Virus record (IMG/VR): IMGVR_UViG_3300022848_000014
Span: 9,734-73,733 of that record
Strand: one strand, 5' to 3'
Source of the DNA: a virus
DNA: 64,000 bases
Made by a program: the position numbers and the translations under genes. The notes under the pieces were generated by a model. That model made no database searches. It was not told the DNA's origin and worked only from the letters and a program-made list of their open reading frames with translations. This document shows, in pieces, positions 49,201 through 59,102 of the stretch (positions are counted from its first letter, which is position 1; each line of letters starts with the position of its first letter).

Positions 49201-52200
49201 GCGCCTCCTTGCATGGCCATTACGATTGAAGCTCGAATCTTCATGAAGTCCCTTGACATGTTGACTGTCATAAACTCCTTGTAAAGGTTCTCATTACGAA
49301 GCTTACCATCAAACATTGCTCTCAAGTGAGGGGAAAGCGCCTGATTCATGGTAAGCTCTTCAGCCACTTTTTGGGTAAATCCCTCTAGTGTCAAGTTCTC
49401 AATTTCCTTGGCATTCAATTTACCAGACCACATACCAGAGGCTATGAGGGGCTTAGTAAATTGATTGAATGCTGTGCTTAAGAACTTGCGAAATTTCTTT
49501 CTGAAGTTGTCGGGCTGCTTATCAACCTCTAAAGCTTTATCGGCTATGGCATCAGTCAACGCATCTAAGTATGGGTTCCTAGACTTCCTTTTTTTGGCTT
49601 CTGCCAAATACTTTGTGCCTTCCATCATTTCCTTCACTTGATGAAGTAACTCAGGTCGGTTTTGCATTGCTGGGAGTATCCATGCTTTTGCAAAAGTCTT
49701 GAAAGTTTCCTTTGGGGTGATTGTGGCAGGATTGAAGTAGATGTTCCCATCCATGCTCACAATTACTTGTTGCCCCGCATATTCATCTCCGAGTGCTTCA
49801 ACTTGCTCTTTGAATTCTGAGAAGTCAAATGAAACTTTTAGTCCAGGGAATGCTTTACCCAGTGCAGTTGCAATCTTGGACGCATATCTGGTATTGGCCT
49901 CAGTTGACTCTTGCGTGTCTGGGAGTGTTACCGATTGCATATCGATACCTTCGAAAGCCTGTATAACTTGATCCCCCAATAGATCCCCAAAAGTCATCAC
50001 GGCCATTGCCTCTGCACCGTTGTATCCTTCAGCTTCTAAAGCCGCAATGATTTCCTCATTAGTAAACCCTTGTGATTGCAGCAATTCTATAATGGCCTTA
50101 ATCTCTGCGTGTTCATTAAATCCTACTTGGAAGAGGGGTTTGCTCTCAGCCTCGACTTTATCAATTTCAACATTACGATCATCAAATACGACATAATTTG
50201 CGTCGGTGTATTCCTTATTCCGTGGTTTTGGTATACCCATGGAGAGTGTTCCAACAGGATAGCGGATGCCATCGATTCCTTTATGGGTCAACCTCATTGA
50301 TGCTTGTTGTGGACTCATGTATTTAGTGAGCGTAAAATACAAGAAAGCTCCACTAAAGAGATCCGCATCAGTTAAGAGCTCGACTAATTTATCAGTGTCA
50401 TTATCAAGATCGTATTGCTCGTTAAAATGCTCCATGAGCACCTCATGTAAATCTGGTTCAGCAGCGTATGTTTTCCCATCATTTGTGTCAAAATAAATTT
50501 CGTAACCTAGTGCCTCATAATCACCTTGCTCTGAATTGCTTACATCAACAGCTACACTGTTTGGGTCTGGTACTTCTAATATTCTACGAAGTTGATCTTC
50601 TGGCAGTGCGTTTTTCCATTCTAGGTACTCGTATTCACTTGGTTCTTTCCCTTTATGAATGGTAGTATGATAAACTTGGCCACCACCAATTGTCCATGGC
50701 TTAACCTCTCCGCTTTTTATTAGTGGAACAATTTTGGCAAAGGCAGCAGCTTTTTTATGTGTGGAGCTTTCTTTATTTGGATCATTCTTAGCCCCTTCAG
50801 CCCACTTCTTCTCAAAGTATTCTGCCCTCTTAATGTAATCGGCCTTGAGTCTAGGGGATGCATTCATGAGGTTTGATTCAAACACCTGATCTAAAGCCTC
50901 TCTCTCGTTATAATCAAAATCTAAAGGATCTCCGTCTTTTGATTTGATTTCCCAATTTTTAGTGTCTTGAATTTTTCGTGAGAGTGTTGTAGCATAATCC
51001 TGGGCTATTTCTTTTTTACTTGTGAAATAGAGGCCATAGCCAAAAGCTTGAGCACCCTCACCAGTCCCAATCTTATCTGAGTTGAACTTATCAAATAAAA
51101 ATGGTGTTCCGTGATATGCTCTGACTTCTTGGCTGGTCCCTTGATTTCCAAAAAGGATTATTTGTTCTTCTCTTGATATTGGTGATCCATCCCCATAATT
51201 TTCAGTCGCAGATGGTGGGGTTTCCTTTCGTTGTCGAGGACTCATTGCAGCCCTGTTCTGTACGTTTCTAGCCTCAGTCTCTCCCGCTAGTGATTGGTAT
51301 AGCTTGTGAGCCACATCACTAGGGACTCTTTTAGAAATTATTGCTGTTTTCTCTGAGGTTAATTCTTCGGATTTGAGTGTTTCAATTTCAGCTAGTAAAA
51401 AATCACGTCTACCATCAAGTGTTTCTAAAGCTTCTTGTAACACTAAACTTACGGGCTTACCTAAGTTCGCATCTTCGCTCTGAGAACTGAAATACATTAA
51501 TTCAGTTGATGCATCATAGGAGCCTAATTTCTCAGTCCCAAAGTTACCTTGTATAAGAGCATTAAGATTGTCTTTAGCTACCCTTTCCTCTCTTTGAAGT
51601 TTCTGAATTTCATCCGTTAAATATCCATTTTCATCAGGTCTTTCTTTTTTATTCAGGTCATACAGTTCTTCTGTCTCTTTCTTTTTTTGCCTAAAAAGAA
51701 GTGTCAGATCAGAAAGTTCATTTCTAAACGCTTCATCAGTCTGAAATTTATTAAGAACATCCTGAGTAACCTTTTTGCTATCAGATACATCTAGCAGGTC
51801 TTTTCTGGTTGCAGTGATTGCAGACGTAGAAAGTTCATTTTGCTTGCTTGCAGGTAGAGATGCTATGACTGATTGTGGATTGCCTCCCATAGCAAAACCT
51901 TCAATCATTTGAATAGCGTGTTGCAGTTCGTGTATGAAGGTCGATCCCTTGTCTTGAGCGTATGGAGTTACTTGAAGCACTTTTGTTTCAGAGTTGTAAG
52001 ACCCCTGAAGCCCCCCGAAATCCATGAAGCCACCTTTTTTTGATATTTTAATATCAAGAAGAGCTGGGTAAAGCTTGAATATTTCTTCGTATGGACTAAT
52101 GACTTCGGTTATTGAAACTGTTTCAGTACCAAAAAGTTTCTGTGTAGCGAGAGCTTCAAACGCTTCAGTATTGAACATTGGTGGTTGTACTTCATACTTC

Positions 52201-55200
52201 CACTTTCCGTCAGTACCTCTTGCCCATCCTGTTAATCCACGAATGTATTCTGCACCATCTTTAATTCCTGGGTTTAGGTTGTTCTCTAATAATTGCGCCC
52301 GGCCTAACTTCTCCTTGACTTCATTATTCAGATTAGCATTTGAACCCACAAACTGGAATAAGGCTTTCCCATTTGGAGATAGACTATTTGGGTCTATTGG
52401 ACCACCTTCTTCAGGTGTTAGTTTCACACCTAGCTCTTGCCCTCCCAGTAGATCGAATATAGCTCCATCTAGGAATTCATCGAGGGTCATCTTGTCAATG
52501 GATTCTGTCTTTTGCATGAAGAAGGTTTCACCCAAATATGCTTTCATCTTCTCGATCCAGGCAGTGAACTTATCTACCATGGCCTTTGAGCCTAGTGCCT
52601 TACTTAAGTTCTTGGCACCCCTCATCCCGATCGCTTGTACTAAAGCCTCATCTCGTTTCTCGTATTCAGTTAGGTGTGCATAGGCAGGATTGTTCTTGAT
52701 CTCTTGGAATATGGCAGTTTCCTTCATCAACTGATTGGCCTCATTGTAAAGGTCATAGTTGGTGGCCTTCATGTGCTCAATGTAGATGTGGGCAAACTCA
52801 TGTATGGCAGTATCCCTAGTTGCTGCTTGTGGGTTTATGTAGACTTTTCCGTTCCAATAAAACCCTTTGACTTTGTTGGTGTCCACGGGTATTCCCATCT
52901 CCGCAGACACTTTGGCTGCTGCTTCATTAAACGCTTCTTGATCATAAACCACTGGAACCTTAATTGCCTCAAGTAATTGCTTGATGGAGTTCCCTATGAA
53001 TTCGGAAACACCTTTGCGCCTGGTCTTAATTACATCGGTAGCAGCCTTAGTTCGTACTTGGAAAGGAGTGTCTGGAACTGGTTCATTTGCCTTTGCTTCA
53101 GCTTTTTTAGCATCGTCCTTTTTGATTTGGGCCTGGGCACTTAGTTTGTTGAATTTTTTCCCAGTGAGTTCCCCCATTAATTCATCAATGGCAACTTGCC
53201 CAGGTGTTCGGCTAATTCCATTAGGATTGGCAATCATAAAGTCCACGATGTCATTACCGTCTACCTGAACAGCTTCGGTACCCGTGTCCCCTTCTCCTTC
53301 TGAGATATTGTCAGCTAGTTTTGCAATATCTGAAACTATTTTTTCCCCTTTCTTGGCAAACCATGTTTTCGCAAGGTTGAAAGTGATGTTTGTCGCATTG
53401 CTGTTTCTGATAAAGTCTTCTCTCGATATAGAGTTCTTGCCTAAGTTCTCAGATATGAGTCTATCCATTTGGCTCAGACTTGATTGCTGAAGAGTCTGAT
53501 CCATGTATGCCTCAGAAAGACTTGTTTTAATCTCGTCTAAAATCGTATCATATTGATCGCGGATTTTGTCAGACATTTCCTGTAAGTGGGCTTCTGTGTT
53601 GCCAGGGTCTTTTATAATCTTCTGCTCTGTTTCGTACTGAATATCTTGCATTATTTGACTTGGAACAATCTCTTGGCTCCCGAATATCTCATCCTTGATA
53701 CGTTGTACAACATCAAATATCTTTTTGACTGCTTCAGTAGACTTGGGCGGTGCTGGCTGGCGTTTGGCATTTTTACCCCTCTTAGTCTTTACCACTTTAG
53801 CTTTAGGGGCTTTAGTGGATGAGAGTCCTTCCGATAAAGCTTCAGTAGATTTTTCTAGGTTTCCTCCCTTGACTGCTTTTGTGACTTTTTCTGCAATTGG
53901 GTTTTTGTCAGTCTTACCTTCAGTTTGAACAGGCTTGTCGGGCTTTGGATCACCATCAGTTTTAGTGTCAGCTTTGTTCTCGACTTTTCCATCTGTTTTC
54001 TTTTTTGCCTCTAGTAAGGGAGAAATTAGTTTGTCATACTTCTGGTAAATCGCATCAAACTTCTTCTTGTCAGAATCCGAAAGTTTAGATCGATCTACTT
54101 TACCGTCTACCCTTGCTTCATCTATGTTTGGAATGGCTTCGGATAGTTCGGTTTGCTCTTCTGCTCGAAGTGTTTCTACCTTTTTTGTTACTTCTTCTTG
54201 CTCCCGTACTTCGGTGTCGGTTTCGGCTTTATTGTCTTTTTTACTTGGTAGGTCTTTTTTACTGGCTTTTTCATCTGCTTTTTTCTTTTTTATGGATTCA
54301 TCAAGAATGGCATTTGCTTCAGCAACATTCTTCATTGATCCAGCATTATAATCTTCAACACCTTTTCGAACTAATCCTGCAAGGATTTCCCTGTCCTGTT
54401 CAGACATTTCCATAGGGCTGTCATAGCCCATTCTCTTTAAGCCTTCATCATTAAAGAAATTCCAGACATCTAATTCATCTTTAAATTTAGTAGCCTCTTC
54501 AATCTCACTGGCTCTATCTTGAACTATCTCTTCTGCCCTTTGTTGGGCTTCTCTTTCGGGAGTAGATTGTTTTAGTCCAAGGTCTTCTGCTTTTCCTGTT
54601 TCTTTTAGTTGTTCCCAGGAGTCATAGGTTTGATCCCCGTCAGTATAGCTACCATCTTCCATTCGAACAAACGTCCAACCATCTGAAGCGGTAACAGAAG
54701 ATGGCTCATCATCAATATCATCATCAATATCATCATCTATGAATTCATCGGCATCAGCATCGTCAGCATCGGCATCATCATCAATATTATCATCTATGAA
54801 TTCATCGGAATCAGCATCGGCTTCTTTTGCGGCTAAGTCTCTTGCGTTTTCTTTCTCAGCGTCAAGTTGGCTTTGCCTTTTTGATACATTTTCATCAGTC
54901 AAGTCTGGCATTTCACCTTCCCTTGATGGATCGTTTTCTATGTCGCTTTCGATACTCTTTTGCGCTTCGTCTTTGGTTGTCTTTTTAATTGGTTTCTTCT
55001 TCTTAACTGGCTCTGCCTTGTCATCGATCTTTGGTTGATTAGAGGTTTTTCCAGGTTCACGTTTAATACCGAGTATGTCATCCATCTCAAGTTGAAGTTC
55101 CGCAGCTCTTGTTTTCCCCCTTGCTCGGACAGCAGCATTAGCCCCGTCCATATCACGCTCAAGCTTGGTAGCCTCCATCATCAAATTGGTGAACCTCATT

Positions 55201-57242
55201 TGATTTTCTGTAGTCAACTTTTTGGGTATGAACTTTACCACTTCCCTAAGATCATTTAGCTGCTGAAGCCCCTCAAGTTTAATTGATTCGTCTACACCGT
55301 TTTTATCATAGTAAAGCTCTAGGTCTTTGCGTAAAATCTCAAAACCCTTTTCATTGGAAAGAGTTTCTTTCATTTGGCCAAAGGTTCTTTTTCTTCCTCC
55401 CAGGATAGATGTTATCGCAGTAATAAGGAACCCACCATATCCACCACCAGCAGTATTCTCTCCAAGCGCTTTTTTCCACTCTTCAGTTAAAAAGTCTGGG
55501 CTATTAAATTTTGTTGCACCATCTTTTACAAGTTTGTCATACCCCTTTTGCATCAGGTCTTGTAGCTCAAACTGAGAAGCTTCAGTAAGTGCTTCCTCTA
55601 GCGTTCCTAGAGCCAGGTCTTTCCCGTTTTCTTTGACATACTTACCAATAGCTGCTTTAATTGATTTGCCCTCTATTTTTATTGCACCACTTAATACCTG
55701 ATCAACAATGTATTTTTGAAGCTGCTTTTTTCCGAGCGCACTTATTGCTTTACTGGCTCCCCAGTACTCAAGCATAGTACCTATTGGAGCGTAGACAGCA
55801 GCTAGTCTTGAGGCATCAGCGTAGGGAATACCAGCGTCCATTGCAGTCATCATCATTTCATCTGCTGACAGGGCTGCACCAACAGCCATACCCGCTGTGG
55901 GTCCAGCTAAAGCCGTTGCTGCTGTCATCTGTACTAATTGACCCATAACTTGGCCTGTAAGTCTCACAGTCCCTTTGCCAAACTCATCACGTTGGTCAAC
56001 AGGTGTGCTCATCCATTCCGAAGCGTCTTGACCCATTTTCCACATTGCTGCCATACCGATATCTTCCATATCATGCTGTGCTTGACCGTATATAGCGAAT
56101 GCTTTTAGTGATTCTGGTACATCTCCCCCTGAGCTTAGAATTGCATCATAGATAAACCTCTCAGGAGCTCTCAATGCTCCATCCACAGCAGCCACAAGAC
56201 TCGTTGCTAGTCTAGGTAGATTACCTACTGTGTTATTGGAAATTTCTTTGGCTAAAATTTCAGTCCTTCCTTGTAGATCACTACTAACGTCACCCATTAA
56301 TCGATTGTACTCATAAAGGTCATTTTGGGTGTTGTATACTTGAGCCGCAAGGTCTTCAATACCTGGATTAAGTTGGTTTTTTATGGCCGCTTCAATTTCA
56401 TCGATCTGTTCCTGAGGGGCACCGTTTTGCTTAAGCATGTTGACCGTCTTGATCAATTCATACTTAGCTGCTTCAGCCTCTACTTTTCTTTGAGTGAGGT
56501 CTGAGAGTTCTTCGAAAGTTTGCTCGTACATCACCTGACCACTATTGAGAATGTCCTCTCTAAGTAAGTCTGCTTTTTCGGCATTTTCTTTCAGTGCTTT
56601 TTTAAGAGGTGCATTCTGGCTAATATGTCTTAAAACGAATTCCTCTGTTGAGCCCTTATCAAGGGACTTCCATTCTTCTGACTGAGCCCGTAGTACTTGA
56701 ACGCCATTGCTTGGGGCATAGTTATAGGTCTTTGGAAGCTGGACTGGACCATCACCCATTATGTATTCTGCCTCTTCCCTGTCTTGATCTCTAAGCTGAA
56801 GGGCAATAGCAGGATCGGTTAGATCAAGACCTGATCGATCAATAGTTTTTTGAATATCCCTTTTAGCCTTAGATAATCTGTAGTCATCTTCGGTTGGAAG
56901 CCTGTATCTTAGAGGTTCTGTTTGAGCTCTTGTGTCAGGAAGGTCTAAACCATGCTCAGACCTTGATACTTCTTGTTTCTTTTGGTAAGCGGTTTGAGCA
57001 CCTGCTGGGTTTTCGGCTGGTGCTGCTGCTGGGCCTTTTGGTTTCCATGAGCCTTTTGCGAATTGTACGGATTCCTCTTCAGTGTCAAACTCAAATACTT
57101 CACCCCTTTTTATTGCTTCTTCCCATGCAGCATCACCCTCAAGCTGAATCCACTTATCAGGATTATCACTTTGATCTTTGGGGTCTTTAGGGAACAGTGT
57201 GGGGTAGGCTATGAATTTACCATCTGAATCCCCGCTTGCCAT
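46248..57242 (-). CDS. Giant polyvalent virion (ejection-type) protein; true start probably upstream via frameshift
   Basis: 3664 aa; zincin HEFAH; LPD23-like TGW.RG.DGKWKYE/HELQHAIQ/Y..LAGE.EARNVQ; ART-like YHGT..FDKF...GEGAQAFGYGLYFT...GIDGIRY...YVVFD; LPD38-like C-terminus. Confidence 0.8.
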   Translation of the reverse strand: MASGDSDGKFIAYPTLFPKDPKDQSDNPDKWIQLEGDAAWEEAIKRGEVFEFDTEEESVQFAKGSWKPKGPAAAPAENPAGAQTAYQKKQEVSRSEHGLDLPDTRAQTEPLRYRLPTEDDYRLSKAKRDIQKTIDRSGLDLTDPAIALQLRDQDREEAEYIMGDGPVQLPKTYNYAPSNGVQVLRAQSEEWKSLDKGSTEEFVLRHISQNAPLKKALKENAEKADLLREDILNSGQVMYEQTFEELSDLTQRKVEAEAAKYELIKTVNMLKQNGAPQEQIDEIEAAIKNQLNPGIEDLAAQVYNTQNDLYEYNRLMGDVSSDLQGRTEILAKEISNNTVGNLPRLATSLVAAVDGALRAPERFIYDAILSSGGDVPESLKAFAIYGQAQHDMEDIGMAAMWKMGQDASEWMSTPVDQRDEFGKGTVRLTGQVMGQLVQMTAATALAGPTAGMAVGAALSADEMMMTAMDAGIPYADASRLAAVYAPIGTMLEYWGASKAISALGKKQLQKYIVDQVLSGAIKIEGKSIKAAIGKYVKENGKDLALGTLEEALTEASQFELQDLMQKGYDKLVKDGATKFNSPDFLTEEWKKALGENTAGGGYGGFLITAITSILGGRKRTFGQMKETLSNEKGFEILRKDLELYYDKNGVDESIKLEGLQQLNDLREVVKFIPKKLTTENQMRFTNLMMEATKLERDMDGANAAVRARGKTRAAELQLEMDDILGIKREPGKTSNQPKIDDKAEPVKKKKPIKKTTKDEAQKSIESDIENDPSREGEMPDLTDENVSKRQSQLDAEKENARDLAAKEADADSDEFIDDNIDDDADADDADADEFIDDDIDDDIDDEPSSVTASDGWTFVRMEDGSYTDGDQTYDSWEQLKETGKAEDLGLKQSTPEREAQQRAEEIVQDRASEIEEATKFKDELDVWNFFNDEGLKRMGYDSPMEMSEQDREILAGLVRKGVEDYNAGSMKNVAEANAILDESIKKKKADEKASKKDLPSKKDNKAETDTEVREQEEVTKKVETLRAEEQTELSEAIPNIDEARVDGKVDRSKLSDSDKKKFDAIYQKYDKLISPLLEAKKKTDGKVENKADTKTDGDPKPDKPVQTEGKTDKNPIAEKVTKAVKGGNLEKSTEALSEGLSSTKAPKAKVVKTKRGKNAKRQPAPPKSTEAVKKIFDVVQRIKDEIFGSQEIVPSQIMQDIQYETEQKIIKDPGNTEAHLQEMSDKIRDQYDTILDEIKTSLSEAYMDQTLQQSSLSQMDRLISENLGKNSISREDFIRNSNATNITFNLAKTWFAKKGEKIVSDIAKLADNISEGEGDTGTEAVQVDGNDIVDFMIANPNGISRTPGQVAIDELMGELTGKKFNKLSAQAQIKKDDAKKAEAKANEPVPDTPFQVRTKAATDVIKTRRKGVSEFIGNSIKQLLEAIKVPVVYDQEAFNEAAAKVSAEMGIPVDTNKVKGFYWNGKVYINPQAATRDTAIHEFAHIYIEHMKATNYDLYNEANQLMKETAIFQEIKNNPAYAHLTEYEKRDEALVQAIGMRGAKNLSKALGSKAMVDKFTAWIEKMKAYLGETFFMQKTESIDKMTLDEFLDGAIFDLLGGQELGVKLTPEEGGPIDPNSLSPNGKALFQFVGSNANLNNEVKEKLGRAQLLENNLNPGIKDGAEYIRGLTGWARGTDGKWKYEVQPPMFNTEAFEALATQKLFGTETVSITEVISPYEEIFKLYPALLDIKISKKGGFMDFGGLQGSYNSETKVLQVTPYAQDKGSTFIHELQHAIQMIEGFAMGGNPQSVIASLPASKQNELSTSAITATRKDLLDVSDSKKVTQDVLNKFQTDEAFRNELSDLTLLFRQKKKETEELYDLNKKERPDENGYLTDEIQKLQREERVAKDNLNALIQGNFGTEKLGSYDASTELMYFSSQSEDANLGKPVSLVLQEALETLDGRRDFLLAEIETLKSEELTSEKTAIISKRVPSDVAHKLYQSLAGETEARNVQNRAAMSPRQRKETPPSATENYGDGSPISREEQIILFGNQGTSQEVRAYHGTPFLFDKFNSDKIGTGEGAQAFGYGLYFTSKKEIAQDYATTLSRKIQDTKNWEIKSKDGDPLDFDYNEREALDQVFESNLMNASPRLKADYIKRAEYFEKKWAEGAKNDPNKESSTHKKAAAFAKIVPLIKSGEVKPWTIGGGQVYHTTIHKGKEPSEYEYLEWKNALPEDQLRRILEVPDPNSVAVDVSNSEQGDYEALGYEIYFDTNDGKTYAAEPDLHEVLMEHFNEQYDLDNDTDKLVELLTDADLFSGAFLYFTLTKYMSPQQASMRLTHKGIDGIRYPVGTLSMGIPKPRNKEYTDANYVVFDDRNVEIDKVEAESKPLFQVGFNEHAEIKAIIELLQSQGFTNEEIIAALEAEGYNGAEAMAVMTFGDLLGDQVIQAFEGIDMQSVTLPDTQESTEANTRYASKIATALGKAFPGLKVSFDFSEFKEQVEALGDEYAGQQVIVSMDGNIYFNPATITPKETFKTFAKAWILPAMQNRPELLHQVKEMMEGTKYLAEAKKRKSRNPYLDALTDAIADKALEVDKQPDNFRKKFRKFLSTAFNQFTKPLIASGMWSGKLNAKEIENLTLEGFTQKVAEELTMNQALSPHLRAMFDGKLRNENLYKEFMTVNMSRDFMKIRASIVMAMQGGADPAAITRFVVDKLGMDEKLADVLMGRVQREIDFLNESGMTIPLSKTEGFETFTSFRQAFQDGDIWLKKIQQSIEKLKGKNLPDALNAYTKRELVRSKTAEQIDALKTYIYGADPGTTFQISGRSTVFEKRKQNKASLNGRMKKKGLTLTDLSQFMYALHVPERNARLRDMSIKKQEEKVAQLTAKMENAETTRGQQFYAAQIEAIENNEVELYRIVEEGARMSDKDAQAILDSYDGKRKDLDEFAQEFREEVLEKNLDILYENDFIDEKQYQALLNGDKTGSDIEWSNYMPVVIDPAFFNSKSKKKGGSTSPDILAAEGRGSYTSEQVYDPLNQAVVNLAKTIEKVEKNNANRALVELARQNADPSVWKVHTARGIPDIDPDTGDIISYNDLVPDNVKTNSVKVRMPGGKIVYLEVRHEGLYNALIPSNRKTGKWEGKIIKGFGAMTNFQRSLITSLNIFFGVPNFARDTQDVLANLGVEKDRYDLKGIRRAYLANLRIAGPTIAKNYFGATDQGGDMMQYLSEARAEGMYMSWANYGQIQDQVDSLKKLGEKSKANKGTNMAKETLHAMMDTALGINEVFEMSNRLAVYASLRDAGLSPQQAAGAAKNISLNFEKKGSQMTILNSMYLFLNAGIQGVAKTGQLLKSKSGRKALAAAASFAYLNKMLLYSMMDEEDELKMMTESPMDWTQNTYIYNPVEPTKPFKIPKSYSFLRLFMSMGEAAYDLQSGRITPARAFFNQLHSVQMVVDPVSGNQANWVSAFLPVLASQSAEVSMNKDYKMSPIYPKFTIGKADHEIYHKSTNEAYIEGAQQLYDKMGVSISPETFDYIMNEVFGGIAQEAVRIATFDKEGSVNQMPLVRRFVEDLDDETYRYTMTLYNYIEKIPQERITEKEQKLVHYSYLKEVVNPDKPGINRTAQKALEDMMAKKYEVDITQKTWELALEKGPGVKVALERAAAKKIRDEERKAKRDLSIQKMKDENAKK

Positions 57243-57295
57243 TAAGACTGAAGATTGTTCCTTAGGGTCTTCGGAAAGGGCTACTGATCCACTCC

Positions 57296-57619
57296 TTATT
57301 TTACGGGCTTTTTTAATATTCTCCTTACTTGTGCCCAGAAATTTGTTGGGTTTTTCTTCTGGTTTTTCAGACGAACTGGACGTTTTTTTTTTGAGCCATC
57401 TTGTGGTGAAGGGCTCATCATGCTTGATACAAACTGCTTTTTATAGGAATTGACTTTATCTGAGCCGGCTATTCCCTGACTCTTGAGATAGGGTCTGCCA
57501 TAAGTTTCAAAAAAAGAATCCAGAATAGCATCTTTCTTTGTGCTATCAGCTTCCGTGAATAATGGATTTGCCTTTAATTGGGAAATTGCTTCTGAGTATG
57601 TTTTTTTAGGATCAGGCAT
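57296..57619 (-). CDS. N-terminal module of the giant protein (pre-frameshift ORF)
   Basis: A10 run at 57383-57392; the -1 frame is open from there into the 3664-aa ORF. Confidence 0.7.
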   Translation of the reverse strand: MPDPKKTYSEAISQLKANPLFTEADSTKKDAILDSFFETYGRPYLKSQGIAGSDKVNSYKKQFVSSMMSPSPQDGSKKKRPVRLKNQKKNPTNFWAQVRRILKKPVK

Positions 57620-57625
57620 GATTTT

Positions 57626-59080
57626 TTAATTTGTAGTTAGTGTATCGGAGGCGGTACCGTTTAAGATGTTACTTATGATAGCATCTAATTTTTCTCCGTC
57701 AATTGTTACTTGTGGTGCTGATTGTGCGTCATAAGCATCGCTTGCCCCTTGCAGAAATTCATCGACTGATGCTGGCGCTTGATTAAACCGAAGTTCTCCG
57801 ACAGCATTTTCATAAGCGCGAGTAATGTTTGGTCTGATTATCCTTTGCTCTTCCAGCATTTCTTGAGTCAAAGGAATGTAAATTGTTTCGGTTTCTGTCT
57901 TAATACTTTTTTTACTTAAGTCTTTCCTGATTATTTCTGACTGCTGTTCAACAGTCATCTCATCTGTGACCGTGCCTTCATCAAAGTATTTGCCGTTTTC
58001 TAAAGCAGCAGTAACTTCCTGATCAGTAAAATCTTCAGGCTCTTTTTTGGATTTATACTTGCGCTGACCCATCATGATGTGCTGCCTATCTGACGTATTG
58101 ATCATTAGTTGCTGGGGCCAAAACTCAGAGAGGTTAGTAGTTGTCTCTACCCCATCATTATCGTAAAAAGTAGTATTCCCATACGCTTCTGATTGTCTTG
58201 GGAAAAACTCAGTCACAGCCCCTACTGTTATGGTGTTGTCCCCCATTGTTAAGGAATTTACTGTTGGACCGCTGTTGCTTCTCCTTACTCTTCCTGCGGC
58301 TACGTCTTGGTTATCGACATCTCCATAAACATTTGTTCGAATATAAGTAGATGCAGTTGCATCACCGTATTTAGTATTGTTTCTGCGCTTAACAAAATTC
58401 ATCATTTGACTCTCATTCGACCAGAAATTCTTGTCAATACCCTTCTGATAATACTGTCTTCCCTCTTCGGTTGTAGCAACCCACTCAAGGGCTTGTTCTT
58501 CAAAATAAGGCTTATCAAAATCAGAGCTTTTCAGAACGTCAGGAAGATCATGCGGTATCCATTCATCTTCTTTTCGAACGAGTAGTGGCTTATTGAATTC
58601 TTCACGTTCTTGAACACTCAGGGACATGTACTCTTCTTGATTTGCTAGACTCTGTTCAATATCAAAGTAGTCACCCGCTTTTTGTGTCTGAAGCTTGCTG
58701 TTTGCCTTATTGAATAATACTTTTTGCTGTGCTGATAGATCGACATCATTGGATAGGCTTTCAGTTAATTCATCAACTTCAGCTAATGTTTCCTTATTGA
58801 CACCTTTAGCACGGAATATTTCACGGGCTTGGGCTCTGACTGTTTCTTTTTTTTCTGTCAGTTCTCCATTGACATCTTTATTGAAACCCTTGGTTAAATT
58901 GACATCGACTTTTTCAGCTTTTGCTTTTTGAACTTTCTTCTCACTAATTTCTGTCTGTATGCGAAGGTTGTCGGTCGCTAATCCATCTCTTAACTGCTCT
59001 CCTGCAATTGAAGTTCCAAATACTTGAGCTTCGCCACTACCCTCATTACCACTGAAATTACGTCCTTTTGAATTTGCCAT
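57626..59080 (-). CDS. Putative internal virion protein
   Basis: 484 aa helical protein upstream of the giant protein. Confidence 0.55.
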   Translation of the reverse strand: MANSKGRNFSGNEGSGEAQVFGTSIAGEQLRDGLATDNLRIQTEISEKKVQKAKAEKVDVNLTKGFNKDVNGELTEKKETVRAQAREIFRAKGVNKETLAEVDELTESLSNDVDLSAQQKVLFNKANSKLQTQKAGDYFDIEQSLANQEEYMSLSVQEREEFNKPLLVRKEDEWIPHDLPDVLKSSDFDKPYFEEQALEWVATTEEGRQYYQKGIDKNFWSNESQMMNFVKRRNNTKYGDATASTYIRTNVYGDVDNQDVAAGRVRRSNSGPTVNSLTMGDNTITVGAVTEFFPRQSEAYGNTTFYDNDGVETTTNLSEFWPQQLMINTSDRQHIMMGQRKYKSKKEPEDFTDQEVTAALENGKYFDEGTVTDEMTVEQQSEIIRKDLSKKSIKTETETIYIPLTQEMLEEQRIIRPNITRAYENAVGELRFNQAPASVDEFLQGASDAYDAQSAPQVTIDGEKLDAIISNILNGTASDTLTTN

Positions 59081-59102
59081 TTTAAATTAGATAGTGTCAG
59101 TA

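Noticed and set aside
54700-54830. Short tandem DNA repeats
   Set aside because: They encode an acidic linker (DADADEFIDD) within the giant protein; not a separate element.
46248-57242. crAss-type virion RNA polymerase
   Set aside because: No catalytic DxDxD motif recognised; the recognisable motifs are polyvalent-protein domains.
46297-57453. Numerous plus-strand ORFs opposite the giant gene (and similar antisense ORFs elsewhere)
   Set aside because: Shadow frames of long genes with biased composition and no motifs.
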